64,000 bases of DNA from assembly GCA_964019425.1 (NCBI GenBank), contig OZ025788.1:1116001-1180000 (forward strand), given 5' to 3'. Under the pieces are notes generated by a model. That model was not told the origin of the DNA and ran no database searches. It was given only the letters and a program-made list of their open reading frames with translations. This DNA is from Flectonema sp. DT1601 (Eukaryota). Shown here one piece after another: positions 33,186-47,442 of this stretch; the first letter of the stretch is position 1, and every line of letters begins with the position of its first letter. Both the position numbers and the translations under genes were made by a program.

Positions 33186-35036
33186 ATGAAGAGAGCAGCA
33201 GCACTTTTGGTAACGATCGTTGCCGCGTCGGCTTCGGTCGACATTGAAGAAATGATGAAGGGAGCGAAGTCTGTTCCTTTAGATGTGGTGCATGAGGGTC
33301 ACGTTGGTGGGTTCTCAATTGGTGGAGTCTGGAGAGAGGAGGATGGAGAATTAGTCCACCATCCATTGAAGTTATCAGAGAAGGCAAGAAGAGGTGCTAA
33401 CACTCTGCAGTCAGAATCATTCGATGCTCACACCGCAAGCGGTGCTCGTACCAGAACTCTTCTAAAGTTAGCGACACTGCTCACCGGTAGTGGTACTTAT
33501 ACAGCGTGGCCTGAGACACTCTTGGCTGAGATTCTCGCTGCTGGAGAAGGAAACTTTGCGCCATCTAATTACGCCAGTGACGTTGCTGCTGCACAGGCGC
33601 TGACTGACACCATCGTCGCTGAGCTTTCAGCACTTAGATCTGACTTCTTTACACAGTTCTATCCAGCTGTTCTTGGAGCTATTACTGATCCGACTCTTCG
33701 AGCAGCTGCGCAGATCAAACTTGTCGCGTCAATTTCAGCAATCACTTGGATCAACCCAGCTGATGGAAATATGGCTCTTGTTTTTAGAGGTACCGCTTCT
33801 TCTGTGAATGGAATCGCTGCTCCAATTGACTTCTTTGATGATACCGTTATGCACGCTCTCTGGGCTGGTAACGGGATGACTAAGCGTGCTAAGGAAGCTT
33901 GGACCAATGATGCTGGTCTTGAGTGGGATGCCTCTCTCGTTGCAGAAGAAGCTTATGGAAGGAGATTCGAATCTGAGAAGATTCCATTCGAAAGGGAGGC
34001 ACTCCTGGCCGTGGGAGCCTTTCTCCGAGCCACCGAAGCTCAGGTTGGTGCTCAGACAGCTGCCGCAGGTCAGGCAAACCCATTAGACGGAATTACATCG
34101 GAATTCGCAGTAAAGGGTGGCTTCCCTACTGTTGCTAAGATCATTGCTATGGCGTTCCAGTACTCGCGTACTAACAATTTGAAATTGGTCCTCGCTGGAC
34201 ACTCCTTGGGAGGTTCCCGTGCAGCAGCCGGATCGATGCTGTTGGCGAAGATGGGAATCCAGGTCCCAGCTCTTACTTTTGCTGCCATTGGAAGCGCCTG
34301 TTGGACAAAAAGACTTTTGAGCGGAGTATCAATTCAGGGAGCTGGAACTGTTGATCCAGGTGTTCCTCACAATCAGATTACTGAATACGTTCATCCACTT
34401 GACCCTTATGGTAACATTCTAGGTCGTGATGTTGGTAAGACATGTCTTTTTGGTAAACAAGCTGATTCAAAGCCGACCTTGTCTGTAGCATCAAAGTGGT
34501 GCAAACCATTCTTTGGGTACCCAGGTAACTATCTTGTGAGAATTGAAACTTCTGCTTTAGTGAGTTTCCTATCTGGTAGAGCTTCACAGGCACAACAGGC
34601 ACGGCTTAAACAGCTTCTTCCGCTGTTGTCGCAGACTCTTACTGCAAATGACACGAGAATCCTTGCAGCCTTTCAGAGATGTAGATACTTCACTCATGGT
34701 GGAGCAGCATTGTACCAAGGACTTATCAATGAAATCACAGAAGATGGTTTAACCAAGGATGGATGTGTTGATGCTCCAACCTTTCCAATCAATAGTGATC
34801 AATGTCCGTACAACTTTATCGCAACTGATTCCCCACCTGATGATTTTGAGGAGACTACCGGTGGAATTTTGTTTTTCATTTTTATTTCTGCTACAGCCTT
34901 AATATTGTTAGTCATTATCGCTTATTGTATTTTCGTGAAGTGTTGTCAGAAGAGCGAAGATTCGGAATCCACTGAGGAAGGTGAGGAGGGTGACTCTGAG
35001 AACCCTCCAGACGCAGGTCCTGACTCTGAGAAATAG
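33186..35036 (+). CDS. Secreted or membrane-anchored class 3 lipase-like alpha/beta hydrolase
   Basis: Signal peptide, LVFRGT, GHSLGG nucleophile motif, C-terminal TM helix. Confidence 0.85.
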   Translation: MKRAAALLVTIVAASASVDIEEMMKGAKSVPLDVVHEGHVGGFSIGGVWREEDGELVHHPLKLSEKARRGANTLQSESFDAHTASGARTRTLLKLATLLTGSGTYTAWPETLLAEILAAGEGNFAPSNYASDVAAAQALTDTIVAELSALRSDFFTQFYPAVLGAITDPTLRAAAQIKLVASISAITWINPADGNMALVFRGTASSVNGIAAPIDFFDDTVMHALWAGNGMTKRAKEAWTNDAGLEWDASLVAEEAYGRRFESEKIPFEREALLAVGAFLRATEAQVGAQTAAAGQANPLDGITSEFAVKGGFPTVAKIIAMAFQYSRTNNLKLVLAGHSLGGSRAAAGSMLLAKMGIQVPALTFAAIGSACWTKRLLSGVSIQGAGTVDPGVPHNQITEYVHPLDPYGNILGRDVGKTCLFGKQADSKPTLSVASKWCKPFFGYPGNYLVRIETSALVSFLSGRASQAQQARLKQLLPLLSQTLTANDTRILAAFQRCRYFTHGGAALYQGLINEITEDGLTKDGCVDAPTFPINSDQCPYNFIATDSPPDDFEETTGGILFFIFISATALILLVIIAYCIFVKCCQKSEDSESTEEGEEGDSENPPDAGPDSEK

Positions 35037-36801
35037 ACTCCCAGCACTATATTAGTATAAAACTAATAACGTTTGTTTGTTCTGGTGTTGGGGTGTTTTT
35101 TTTATTTTATTTTTAAAATTCTATTTCTTGTGTTGAATTACCTTCTTTTTCCCCTCTATTGTTTCAATCGTTCTTCCATAAAATTTAAGGAGAGAATACC
35201 TGTTCATGCTTTGCAATTACCTGTATGCTGTTTCGATGGATGATGTTGCGAATTCAGAAGGGAAGAGCAGGGGAACAAGGGGGGGAAAAAAAAAAAAAAG
35301 TTTTGACACAGGCAGAGTATTTTCCCTGTTCTTTTTATCTACACAAAAAACCATTTGCAGTTTTTGTGAACGTGTATTTATTTTATTCCACAAAGAGAAC
35401 GAAAAAAAGAGAAATCTAAAAAAAAAAAAAAAAAAAAAAAAAGAAAAGAAGAGAAAAGAAACCAAGAAAACAACGATTAATACAGCACTAGGGAGCCCCA
35501 GGGCCGAAGATCTTCATCACTACATTAATCTTATTGTTTCCTTTTTTTTTTTCCTTTCTTCTTTCGGTGGTATTTTCCCTTCACTCTCCCCTTCCTAGTA
35601 TTAAATATCGGCCGTAGATAGGTGATGAAGAACGAAAAAAAAAAAAAAAAAAAAGAAAGAAGTAGAAAAATAATCAAACGAAGTTTTTTGGGAAAACCGC
35701 TGGATTGCAAGGCGAGTTGCGCACCATGCTTATGGTTCTTTTGAATTGTATTGCATGCGGAGTGAACCAACCCCGAAAAACAAAACAAACAAAACAATGT
35801 GTAAAATGAACGAAGAAAAAGAGAACGAAACTCCACCCCCTACCCTTGTCTTTGGTTACAAGTGTTTCTGACTGGCTGTACCATACACAGGCTAACTGTT
35901 ACAATTGCAGTACAGGCAGTGTGAAATTTCTACTCATGCACATGCACGTGCTCCAGATCAGAGGAGTGGTACTGTGTTGAGCAAAAGAGTATTGCAGCCG
36001 CAGGAGTACACCATTGCTTGCTCAGAGCTGATAGGCACCCCCTTTTTTTTGTTTTTTTTTTGTTCATTGATCACCTTTTTGAATTGCCGTTATTATTATT
36101 ATTTTTTTTTCTTCTTCTTATTGGGTTTTCCAGAACCTTTTTTCACTCCCCCAGCCATATTTCACATCCTGATCGATCCTGTTGTTGGATTTCACTTTCC
36201 CTCCCGACGGCCCTCTAGTAACAAAGGCATCTGATTCTAGTTGAATTGTTGAAAAAAAAAAAAAAGAAATCCGGCTCCTCATGTTTTACTGTGGAACCGC
36301 CTTTTGTTCTTAATGTAGAGAAGATCTAAAAAAGAAACGGGGGAAAAAAAAAAAAAGGTAGAAATATTTTGTCCTTTTCTTACCTGCAATTTATATCAAT
36401 GGTTGCTCCGTGTAGACCTTATCGTTTTCAGATGGCTCGACATGATTAAAATGGCAACAAAAAAAAAAACAAAACAATAAAAAAAAAAAGAGAAAAAAAA
36501 AAGACAATTTTTTAAGAAACGCTGATTTCATTTCTTAATGCATACATTTTCAACAAGAATGGAGAGAAAGGTGAAATGTTATTATGGGCCGCACAAGAAA
36601 ACCAAAAAAAAAAAAAAAAAAAAAACTAAAAACAACAACAACAAAACACAATTCCATCCCATCCTTGGTAGTGTTCTCAGTTATTGCATTTTATTTTATC
36701 CCTCCTCCACGTTCCCCTCCTCCCCCCCTCAGTAGAGCTTGTCCATGCGACACTAGTCGATAATGTGTGTGCGGAAAAAGGGTTATTTATCGTCATTTAA
36801 A

Positions 36802-36834
<33 letters not shown>

Positions 36835-37890
36835 TTTTGGCATACCAGATGTCTATATTTATTATCTGGGAGTTATATATATTTTTATTTTTCACTCTCC
36901 TTGCTTTATATTTAACTACGGTATCAAAGTCCTCGTGTTCTTTCTTTTTTCTCTTTTTTTTTCTGAACGGAACAGAGTGATGGGCACTTCCAATTTCTTT
37001 TTATTGGTGTTTTCCTTTTTCTTTATTTATTATTTTTCATTTCGCCTTTTGGCGAGGGGGAAAACAGTCAGTGAAGACAACGACAACATCAAAAAAAGAA
37101 AAATATAAAGAACGACATCAATAAGCTGATGGTAAATCTCAACTTCCTTGAGAACCAACTCGCTAGGAATGACAGTCTGCTGAAGGCTTTTCTTTTTCCA
37201 GTGAAAGTGAAGAAGGTTTATCAATGGTATCGCTATATGCTTCGTACTACTCACGTGTAGCAGATTCTGCAAGGGAAGACACCAAGAGATAATTGCCTTT
37301 TTTTTGCTTTTGCCTGAAGTTGAAGCTCTGATTTCTGTTTATTTATTTATTTATTATTATTAATTTTTTTTTTTTGAATTCCAGCGTATTCCCTTCCTCC
37401 ACAGCTTCCCGTTTTTCTTTTTATAGTGACGATTGAACCAAAATAAATAAATAAATAAATAAAAAAAATTATTACTGATTGTTAGCACCCACCGCAAATT
37501 ATCTCCCCTAGTGTTCCTCAATTCCCCTCCCAGCGGTTTCTGTTAGTTGCAGATAATTGATTTCTGGTTGCTATTTAGTGCCGCACCCCCCTTTCCTCGT
37601 CCTCCAACCCGTCTCACTTGCTGTGTTTTAACTTCATGAGCTCAGCGTGTTGTGCTGCTCTCGAGATACTGTGTGTGGAATACCGTATATCCTTTTTTTC
37701 TCTTTTTTTTTTTTTTTTGTATGTCGTGATTTTCATTTCGTTCTGGTTTGCTGTGTTGCTTATGTTATATTTCTTCATACACCAGGTTTCAAAAAAACAA
37801 GACGAATAACAACACCTGCTAATGCTGCGGATTGGGTCCGGTTAGACTTATATATTTAATATCATCTCATCAGATTTTAATTATATAAAT

Positions 37891-38202
37891 ATGCCTCTTA
37901 TCAAGATTGCAACATCAACAGCTGCGAGACTTAACATGTCAGCAATTCACAGCAGAGCGATGACAATATTTAAGGCACCGAAAGATGCTGTTCAGCTTGT
38001 CCATCGTAGAGATATTGATATTTATCCTTCGGGAATCTTTGTTGAGATGAGAGCAAAAGACAAGTCAGATAGAGGATCAGAATGGATGTCTGGAGCTCTG
38101 AAAGAATTAGCGTCTTCCATCGAAGCCAATTGTTCTGAAAAGGAACCTGTTCGCATTCGATGTGAAATGTTTGACCAAACAAAGTTATATAAAAATTATT
38201 AA
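37891..38202 (+). CDS. Tautomerase/MIF-superfamily-like small protein
   Basis: 103 aa, starts M-P-L-I-K-I (Pro-1 pattern). Confidence 0.55.
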   Translation: MPLIKIATSTAARLNMSAIHSRAMTIFKAPKDAVQLVHRRDIDIYPSGIFVEMRAKDKSDRGSEWMSGALKELASSIEANCSEKEPVRIRCEMFDQTKLYKNY

Positions 38203-38395
38203 AATGGGAAACGATGTTCTCCATTTTATTATTATTCAGAATCTTAGAATGTCGGTTTCAGTTTCAGAACAGATTATGTTTTCATTTTTTTTTTTTTTTT
38301 CAAAAATTACTAAATAATTCCTCACAACAGTATAATGGACTTCATACTTTTATGAATAACCCTCCGAGTAAATAAATATTAATAGAAACACACTA

Positions 38396-38884
38396 ATGTC
38401 ATTGTCGTCTCACAACAGATATCTCAACACAATGGATGTCGATATTGTGATGCGTAAAATGAACATCACAGATGACATTATAAAGAATATCGGTGATAAT
38501 CTAGACGACAAGGATTGCGTAACAATTAAAATCGACATCAGCCACAACTCTAAAGTGACTGATGTTGGAATTCATTACCTAGCAAGAGGACTACGATTCA
38601 ACACAAGTGTTCATTCTATTGTTTTAGATGGTCTTAACATTACTGACAGAGGGCTTCACGTAATGGCAAAGGCCCTTGAGGATAACACCACTCTAACTTC
38701 TATATCTATAAAGAGTTGTCCTAACTTAACTGTTTCTGGGATTACGTCCTTTATGAAATCGATAGAGCTTCATAACGGAACTTTAAAAAAACTAATTAGA
38801 GGAGAACACCTGAAAGGAGGTGCGAACAGTTTAGTGTCGTTGACTGATAGAGGACAGAGATGGATAATTCCTCCAAAGAAATAG
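38396..38884 (+). CDS. RNI-like leucine-rich repeat protein (start uncertain)
   Basis: VTDVGIHYLARGLRFNTSVHSI and ITDRGLHVMAKALEDNTTLTSI repeats. Confidence 0.8.
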   Translation: MSLSSHNRYLNTMDVDIVMRKMNITDDIIKNIGDNLDDKDCVTIKIDISHNSKVTDVGIHYLARGLRFNTSVHSIVLDGLNITDRGLHVMAKALEDNTTLTSISIKSCPNLTVSGITSFMKSIELHNGTLKKLIRGEHLKGGANSLVSLTDRGQRWIIPPKK

Positions 38885-39060
38885 TTCTTTTCGAATTTTG
38901 ATATTGTGAGTCACGTGTTGTCAGTTTTTTTTTTTTTCTTCTCTTCTTCCTCTTTGTGGATTAGTTACGTCTGCTTAACTTATTTTTGTTTAATGAAAAC
39001 AAAAAAAACTAACTCTTTTCCCCCTTGTCAGAGATTCCTCAAAAGAAAAAAAAAAGAAAC

Positions 39061-40379
39061 ATGATGCAGACCCCTAACAGTACGGATGACGATCTCAGTC
39101 TCCACCCATCACAATACAGTGATACTAGCGACTTATTAGATTTGAATAATAGACTTGATGATGTCAGTCTGCAATTTAAAAAGATGGTACTCGACGCTGT
39201 AAAAAATGAAAAAGCGAGAATGGCGGCAATTCACAAAAGAGAAATCCAAATAATCGAAGCGAGACACGAAGAGGAACGTATCGAACTTACCAGACAGAGA
39301 GACGAGTGTCGTCAGTATTGGTATCATCACAAAGAGGTAAATGACAAACAATGGCTCTCTCTTACACACAGAGCTGAATGTTTTGCCTACTCTGCTGCTT
39401 CAAGACAAGGATCTGTTTGGAAGATGTCTCCTGAGCTGCAAAAGAAAGCCTTCGATAATTATCCGTATTTCAAAACCTCATTAAAAAGACAAGCGTTTGA
39501 CGGATGGAAAAGATGGTTGCGGTCTCACAAGAATCGTCAACTTGCTCAAAAGGCTACTTTAAAACTTTCAGAACATCGTTCACAGTCTTCGATATTTACT
39601 CAATGGAAAGTATCAGCTTTGAGAGCCTCATCTGCTAAACGTGAAAAGATGTTAAAGAGTTCCATGTCTTTAGAGTTAAACACCGTGATTAATAATAAAG
39701 AAGCTGACTTACAAACATTAACAGAACAGGTCGTCAACTTGAAACGACAACTAGCTGTCGAAAGTCAACACAGAGGTGCTCTTGAAGAGAGATTGAAAAT
39801 CGCATTTATGAGAGGCGTGTGTGCTCTGAATCTTGAAGCTATGCAAGTTATGAAAACCGAAGATGATAAGACATTAGAAGAACAACTGCAGCAGCAACCA
39901 CAACAGCTGCAGGAAGAAGTGACTATGGAATCGGTCTCTGCATTTCATTCAGATCCTGTCATTAATATGAGTTCTGCTCAGGTTCAATCATTCACAAATA
40001 GATCACTCGTAGGTGAAGGTCGAGATGGAATAAATCTCAGCGCTTCCCGTCAACCTCTCGTTCAGAGTGTTCCTCCAGGAGCCGTGTCGGCTATGATACC
40101 TTCAGCTAGTACTGCTGCTAGCGATCGATCAATCGATTTTCGTTCTCCTTCTCCAACCTCAAAGTCGAGGCCATCTTCACAGCAGCAGCATCGTCGCAGA
40201 CCTCCTCTGGCTGGTGCTTCGGTAGGAAGGCCATCGCGAGGTGTGTTATTTTAATAAAAAAAAGAAATAGATGTGAAATTTATTTAATAGTCGAATAAAA
40301 ATAACAAAATATAACCCAAACAGGTCTCACTTCGGCACTAACTGTTAAGGAAATGCATCCTGTTAGGAGGTACGGATAA
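39061..40379 (+). CDS. POC5: Centriolar protein POC5-like; probable intron 40241-40323
   Basis: Hallmark AFMRGVCALNLEAM motif after Trp-containing centrin-binding-like repeats. Confidence 0.85.
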
Positions 40380-40644
40380 TTAAAAAAAAACCTTACAGAC
40401 ATACACATTGCTTTAAAAAAAGAAAACTTTTTTTTTTAAACTTCACCGACACGCCTAAACTAAGGCGAATATAGAAACTATAGATACCATATTTAGAAAA
40501 AAAAAAAAGAAAGGAAGGATAAACTGTTATTTTGACTGTCCTGTCTCTCTACCTTTCCCTCTTTCTAGTTAGAATCACAGTCTTGAACTAGTGTAGTTTA
40601 CAGCGTTGATAAAAGTAATTATTTCGCATCAGTTATTTACACAG

Positions 40645-42015
40645 ATGGCGACGTCTTCTAATCCTTTGGCTGCTGCAGCAGCAGCCGCAAATATTCAATT
40701 TCCAAACCCGAAGAGGACTTTTGTTCAGAATCGGTATAGTCAGTTAGATACAAAAAACGTAATTGCTGCTGAGCATCGAATCGAGCTATCAGACTTGCTT
40801 CAGGAAGGGACAACAGCTTTGAAAGCAATTTATAGATCAAAGTTTTTATTTGGTGAATATTTAAAGTACGTTGATGCAAACTATGGCGGAGATGGTGTTT
40901 ATGATTTTAATGTGACGACACCTCCTCCTTTTGAAAATACTTATGTTGGTCAGCGCAATGAAGAAGAGAAACCGACTGCGGAAGCTGAAAATATTAAAGA
41001 AAAATTAAGAACAGCAGAAGAATTGATAAAGAAATTATATAAAAGGAATTCTCACATGGAGATTGAGAATAAATATTTGCGATCAGAGTTGTCCAGGAGA
41101 GATAAACCAACTGGTGCAAAGAACGGACAAACTCTTGCAGCTCAGCAAGAACTTGGTCAGATACCTCGACATCCACTCATGAACAAAAGAATGCTTCGAC
41201 GATGCAAATCATGTCCACCTGCGAGAGTGATTCTCAGATCAGCCATCGGCGGTGAACGCAATCGGAGCAAAGCAGCTGCTGACACCACATCTCATGCCGT
41301 GGAGGAGAAGAAAGAGGAATCCGGGGTTTCTATGTTACGACAAAAAGTGTTATCTCTGACTGAGGCATTAGTCTCTTGCCAACATGAAAACAATCGTTTG
41401 TCGAAAGAAAAAAAAGAAAAAGTCAGCCTTCGAGACTCGCTAATAAAGAAATATTTAATAGAAAGAGACAGCAACATTGCTCAACTACACGGGCTGCTAC
41501 AAGAGGTAGCTGAGAAAATTGACAACCCAATGAGACTAACCAGAGTAAAACAACCAGCAGCCTCAATAAATCCAATTGTTGCGGGTAATAATATGCTTAA
41601 GGAAGTTGGAACAAAACTAACAGATCAGATTAGTAGTGTCACAGCAACACTTCTAAATGGGGGTGACGCAACTTGTGAAGAATTACTTAAATCTACTTCA
41701 TCAGTTACTGACTTACTCGGAACCCATGGAGACATATCTGGTCGTAAACGAGAGCTTCTTCGTCGAGTTAAGAAGATTGTTGAGGGGCTTTCGGTTGATA
41801 AGAAGAAGGCTCTTCTTCAACTAATTCTTGAGCTGAGACAAGTTAATCGATCCCTTGTTGATTCTAACGGTACGATCATGGAAACATATGAGGATTTAAA
41901 GGTCAGACTTAACAACGATCTCATTCAAGAAAAATTAGGCTCCGCTCTCCTCAAAGACCAGGTACGAAGTCTAGGTGGGAATGTTGACGACGAGACCAAC
42001 TCTGGACAGGCTTAG
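40645..42015 (+). CDS. Hypothetical coiled-coil protein
   Basis: Long ORF; ATG directly after an AG acceptor. Confidence 0.75.
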   Translation: MATSSNPLAAAAAAANIQFPNPKRTFVQNRYSQLDTKNVIAAEHRIELSDLLQEGTTALKAIYRSKFLFGEYLKYVDANYGGDGVYDFNVTTPPPFENTYVGQRNEEEKPTAEAENIKEKLRTAEELIKKLYKRNSHMEIENKYLRSELSRRDKPTGAKNGQTLAAQQELGQIPRHPLMNKRMLRRCKSCPPARVILRSAIGGERNRSKAAADTTSHAVEEKKEESGVSMLRQKVLSLTEALVSCQHENNRLSKEKKEKVSLRDSLIKKYLIERDSNIAQLHGLLQEVAEKIDNPMRLTRVKQPAASINPIVAGNNMLKEVGTKLTDQISSVTATLLNGGDATCEELLKSTSSVTDLLGTHGDISGRKRELLRRVKKIVEGLSVDKKKALLQLILELRQVNRSLVDSNGTIMETYEDLKVRLNNDLIQEKLGSALLKDQVRSLGGNVDDETNSGQA

Positions 42016-42186
42016 CGCAATTAGTTTCTACTATCGCTTCAGTCAGTCAATCTGTTCAATTAAAAGTCTAAACTCTTCCCTCTTCCTTTTATATTATTAA
42101 TTATGGTTATTGTTATTCATATTCTTTGTTGTATTATTTATGATGTCAACAATCTTAATTACTTTATCATAATCAGCTGTATAAGA

Positions 42187-44087
42187 ATGGTATCCCAACA
42201 AAGAACATCATCAAAACGAGCCATAGCCGTAGCAGACATTGACATTGTAAGACAGTCCCTCAAATCAGTTAAACGAAGTGCTGGTTTTATTCAACTGGCT
42301 ATACGAAGAGTGTTAAAAAGTACAAAACTGATACAGCGAATGGTCCGAAAACACATCCGAGAAAGACAAGAAGTAATTTGGTCTGTCCTGGAAGACTGTT
42401 CGAGACAAGAGCAGTCTCACAACATGGAAACTGATGAGACAGGAAACCCTTCTAACTCTGGTAGAGAAGAAAAGCTGTTAGTACTTCAGTGTTTATATTC
42501 AGAAAAACGTTCCGAATTCAGAAGTCGATGGAGGGAATGGAGAAAAGATATTATTTGTTACCAACAGCTACTTCACTATCAAGAACAGGTTGCAAACCAA
42601 CGACAACAACAGTTTTCCGAACCTAAAAAATACGACATGATAACTCCGCTGAAAAATAAATTAGCAGCTCTACGAGCACGGAAACCATTCTTCACTTTCA
42701 CAGTTACTTTGCAGGAGCTTGCTTCTTTATTCGTTTCTCATACCAGAAAGATACTAGTGGAGAATCTGTGTCAGACTATGAACGTGTTGAACATCGAGAC
42801 TTCAAACCCTGAGCTGTTAGCAAGTATGGTTTCACAGATTGAAACCCGTGAGCTCAATGAAGCTCGCAAAAATGAACAAAAAGAAATTAGAAAAGAAATC
42901 CAACAATCTATTTCGATATCTCCAAAAGCAACAGAAACGGTTACTTTTGAAAAACAAAAAGGAGGATTAATTAGTGGCTTTATTGGTCTTGGAGTACCAC
43001 CAGAAGAAAAAGCCAAACAAGACAACATTACAATATTCGGTATCGAAGACCCTGGTGATTTTTCAGGAACAAATTTTGAAAAATGCCTCTCAGCGTTCAG
43101 AACACCATTCCTCCCTCCTCGGAATAGCTGTAGACAATTTGGTACTCCGTCTAAAAGACTTGCGATGACTCACAGAGATGACTTCAGGAGGAGTAGAAAT
43201 TTCTTTTATCGACCAAATCGAAGATGTCATAAAAAGACAGATCTCAGTCGACCCCACTCGGCTCTTCAAACCACATGTCAGAAGAATAAATATATTTATA
43301 ATAAGATTTTCAATTTAGCTGTTGAATCACCTGAGAAAGTGAACCATGTTTCTTTGGATGAAAAATCTGTTCGCAGTCACACCGCGAGAGAGTCGATATC
43401 CGAGACTCCAATACCTCTGAGGAATAGTGAGGCTGCGAGGCAATATGATATTTTAAATAGAGGTGTGTTGTTTTTGTTTTATTGAATTTATTATTATCAT
43501 TTACTTTTTTTTTTTTTTTTTTTTTAAAAAAAAATAAAATAAAACAAACAGGAGTCCTAACAGATGTTGAATTAATGAAACTCATCCAAGATACCATAAA
43601 AAGAGAGCGGGCAATGCACGCAAAGTTTAACAGAAGTCGATACAATCGATCATTATGGGAAGAACCTCTTCCTTGTGATCCGCCTCTACCAAAACCAAAA
43701 AAAAACAATCAACCACTAATCCCAACAATTGAAAGAAAACCGACATTTCCTCAAACTACAAATAAAAAGAGGAAAAAACAATGCGGTCAGGCCTCTCTTA
43801 ATAATTCTTTTTATTTAAAAGCCTGTTGTAAGCATAGCGACCCTCCTAAATTTGTTCTTCCGAAAGCGCCTCGTTCTGTATGCGACCTAACCCCTAGAGG
43901 TCCGTTATTAGTTACCCCAAGTGGTACAAGTTATCCTTATACAAGATTTTATAGTAATGATAGTAGAAAACAATCTGATTTAACTTCAACATCAGAGAAG
44001 TTAATCATTCTGACATCTCCACAACGTAGGAAGGTCTCTGCTTCTATTGAATTAAGTATCCATGAAGCAGGTGATGTCAGCTTCTAA
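42187..44087 (+). CDS. Hypothetical protein; intron 43463-43551
   Basis: Two long ORFs joined in frame by a GT-AG intron (NRG|VLTD). Confidence 0.7.
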
Positions 44088-44223
44088 TTGTGACTGGTGG
44101 TTCGTATCTTCTCGTTAGAACTTTTTATTACTTTCATTTACACTTCTTATTTAGTTAGACTCAACTGTCTTTAAGACCAACTCAAAACAATTATTTATTT
44201 CAACAACACCAGTACTATAATAA

Positions 44224-45183
44224 ATGACTACTGATACCCATTCTCAGTACCAGTACGATGGTTGGGTAGAATGTGACGTGACAATTCCCTTCACTGAAGG
44301 AGATACTTTAGGCATTGCTATCCAACAAGATATGATCGTTGATGAGGTAGACCCTTCGAGTAGATTATGTACCGCCGGGATCACTCTTGGCATGAAAATT
44401 GTCGGCGTCAACGGGAGGAGAGTAACATCTGACAGAGAGGCATATGATGTTGTAAAATCATGTGGAGGACCCTTTTTAAAATTATCTGTATTATCAAGCC
44501 ATCGACCTAAGGAATATTACACAGGTGTACAAAGTAATTATAGCGCTCGTGTTCCGAGATTAATGGCACAAATAGCAACTGGTACGAATGATCCCAAAGT
44601 AATTTCATCATTTTCAGAGAATGACGTATCCGATAGGGTAAACGCTATACTTAGTTCTACAGCAGCAAGGCTTGCTCCTCAACAACATATTGCAAATAAT
44701 GAATTTAGGTCAGAGGTCTCACATGCTGTAGCTGGGAGTCCTCGGAGACTCTTACCGCCATCTGATTTTGTTTACAATCACGATGTCTTTGATAGAAGAT
44801 CCTCTCCTAATCTCCGATACAAGACACCTCCAGCTCCTACCATCTCCCACAGTTTTGTACCGCCTGCTGATGTACATCAGAGATCTCTGATGGATTATCC
44901 GTCGATTTCACCATCACGTCGACCTCCAATGAGCACACCTCGTAAATCAAAGGGAGGTGTTTATGCTGCGGCAGTTCCCGTGAGAGGGAGTACACCAGCT
45001 CTCAGTCCAGTTTCTAGGAGAACAAAAAAACAGTTTCTTCGTAAAGGAGATGGTGGTGGTGGTGGTGGGAGGGGAGTAGTTTCAGGCATACCACCATCAA
45101 CACCTGCTGGACGAAATGACTACAGCGGAGCAATGGGACCACCACTACCTTCGGAGAGAGCTGCTGCTTGGCATACTTTGTAA
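44224..45183 (+). CDS. PDZ-like domain protein with Pro/Ser-rich tail
   Basis: LGIAI..VDEVDPSS..AGITLGMKIVGVNG. Confidence 0.75.
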   Translation: MTTDTHSQYQYDGWVECDVTIPFTEGDTLGIAIQQDMIVDEVDPSSRLCTAGITLGMKIVGVNGRRVTSDREAYDVVKSCGGPFLKLSVLSSHRPKEYYTGVQSNYSARVPRLMAQIATGTNDPKVISSFSENDVSDRVNAILSSTAARLAPQQHIANNEFRSEVSHAVAGSPRRLLPPSDFVYNHDVFDRRSSPNLRYKTPPAPTISHSFVPPADVHQRSLMDYPSISPSRRPPMSTPRKSKGGVYAAAVPVRGSTPALSPVSRRTKKQFLRKGDGGGGGGRGVVSGIPPSTPAGRNDYSGAMGPPLPSERAAAWHTL

Positions 45184-45424
45184 GTTTTTTATAAACAAAA
45201 TAACGTCCATGTGTTACGCGCCTTAAGCCGCAGTCACCGACTGCATATAATTTGTCGCCCTCATGTGATGTGATTGCAATAGTCGCTTTGCCTTTTTTCT
45301 AATAATAGACTTCAAGTCGGCCTTTGTTGTAATTACATTAGATTATTGTACTATTGGTTTTGTTTTGTTTCTTCGTTGTGTTTGTATCGGTGTTTTGATT
45401 GTTATTTAATTCGTTCTGTGATAG

Positions 45425-46426
<1,002 letters not shown>

Positions 46427-46764
46427 ATGGTCTGACTGTTTTATAAAATACTTTTTATATTCTTTTTTAATTTTCCTCTTTACTAGCGCTCGTGTTCCCC
46501 CATCTTTTCGGGTTGTGGGAAGCAGGGCGTGGTATCCGCGTGTTCTATTGTCTCATTTTATTAATTATGCCCGTGTAGGCTCTTCTTCCCTCTCGTTGTT
46601 GGAAAACTATTCTTTTGTTAAAATTTAACAAATGAATTATTCTTTTTCTGTTTTCTCAACACTTTCGTTCGATCGTCGCTTTTTGTTTTGTGAATGTTTG
46701 TAAGTTTCTTCCCTTTTAACGTTTTTTATGGTAACAGGTCACACATAACACACATAAGTAAATA

Positions 46765-47196
46765 ATGCAGCACTCACGACAACTTTCGTTGTCATCGTTT
46801 CCGCTACAGTTGTCGCTACAGTTGTCGTTTGTCGTGTCGTTATTGTGGATTGTGGCGAGTATTGCGACGCTTTTATATAAAGGATTAATCCTTCCTTATA
46901 GAGAAGACCAATTAGCTTTGGAGATCGTATTAATGATTTTAGTAATTGTCGTCGAGTTGGGATCGAAATCACTTGCATCTCGTGGTAATCTACTCGAGTA
47001 CAGAGGACCTTTATTAATAGCTGCATTCCTTTCATTATATCCGATAGGATTCTTAGCTTATGCAGTCAGATGGCAGCCTTATGTTCTGTACTTAGACTTG
47101 GTAATGGGTGCAATATTCTTAGCTGTTAAAGGAATAACAATATTGTTAACTTTGAGTCAGTTTATGTCGTTGTCGTTTGTTTCGCAAAAGCTTTGA
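46765..47196 (+). CDS. TMEM216/TMEM17-family ciliary transition-zone membrane protein
   Basis: Four TM segments; YKGLILPY, LASRGNLLE, WQPYVLYLD. Confidence 0.8.
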   Translation: MQHSRQLSLSSFPLQLSLQLSFVVSLLWIVASIATLLYKGLILPYREDQLALEIVLMILVIVVELGSKSLASRGNLLEYRGPLLIAAFLSLYPIGFLAYAVRWQPYVLYLDLVMGAIFLAVKGITILLTLSQFMSLSFVSQKL

Positions 47197-47442
47197 TCTG
47201 TCGAGGAGTCTCTCTCTTCATAAAGTTATTTTTTATTCGGTTGTCTGTCCGTTCAGTTTGCTTGAAGACCCATCTCAGTTGGGAAATAGATATTTTATAG
47301 AAAAGTATTTTTATGATTTTGAAAAAAAAAAAAAAAAAAAAACAACAACCAGTTTTTGTCTCATCCTTTACTGTCCGGAATATAACTGATGTTAGTCTTA
47401 TTTAGTTTTTTTATACAGAAGTTCGTAATTGCATAAAAAAGA

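Noticed and set aside
35100..37860. Numerous 60-130 aa ORFs
   Set aside because: Dominated by poly-K/F from homopolymer tracts; probably UTR or intergenic.
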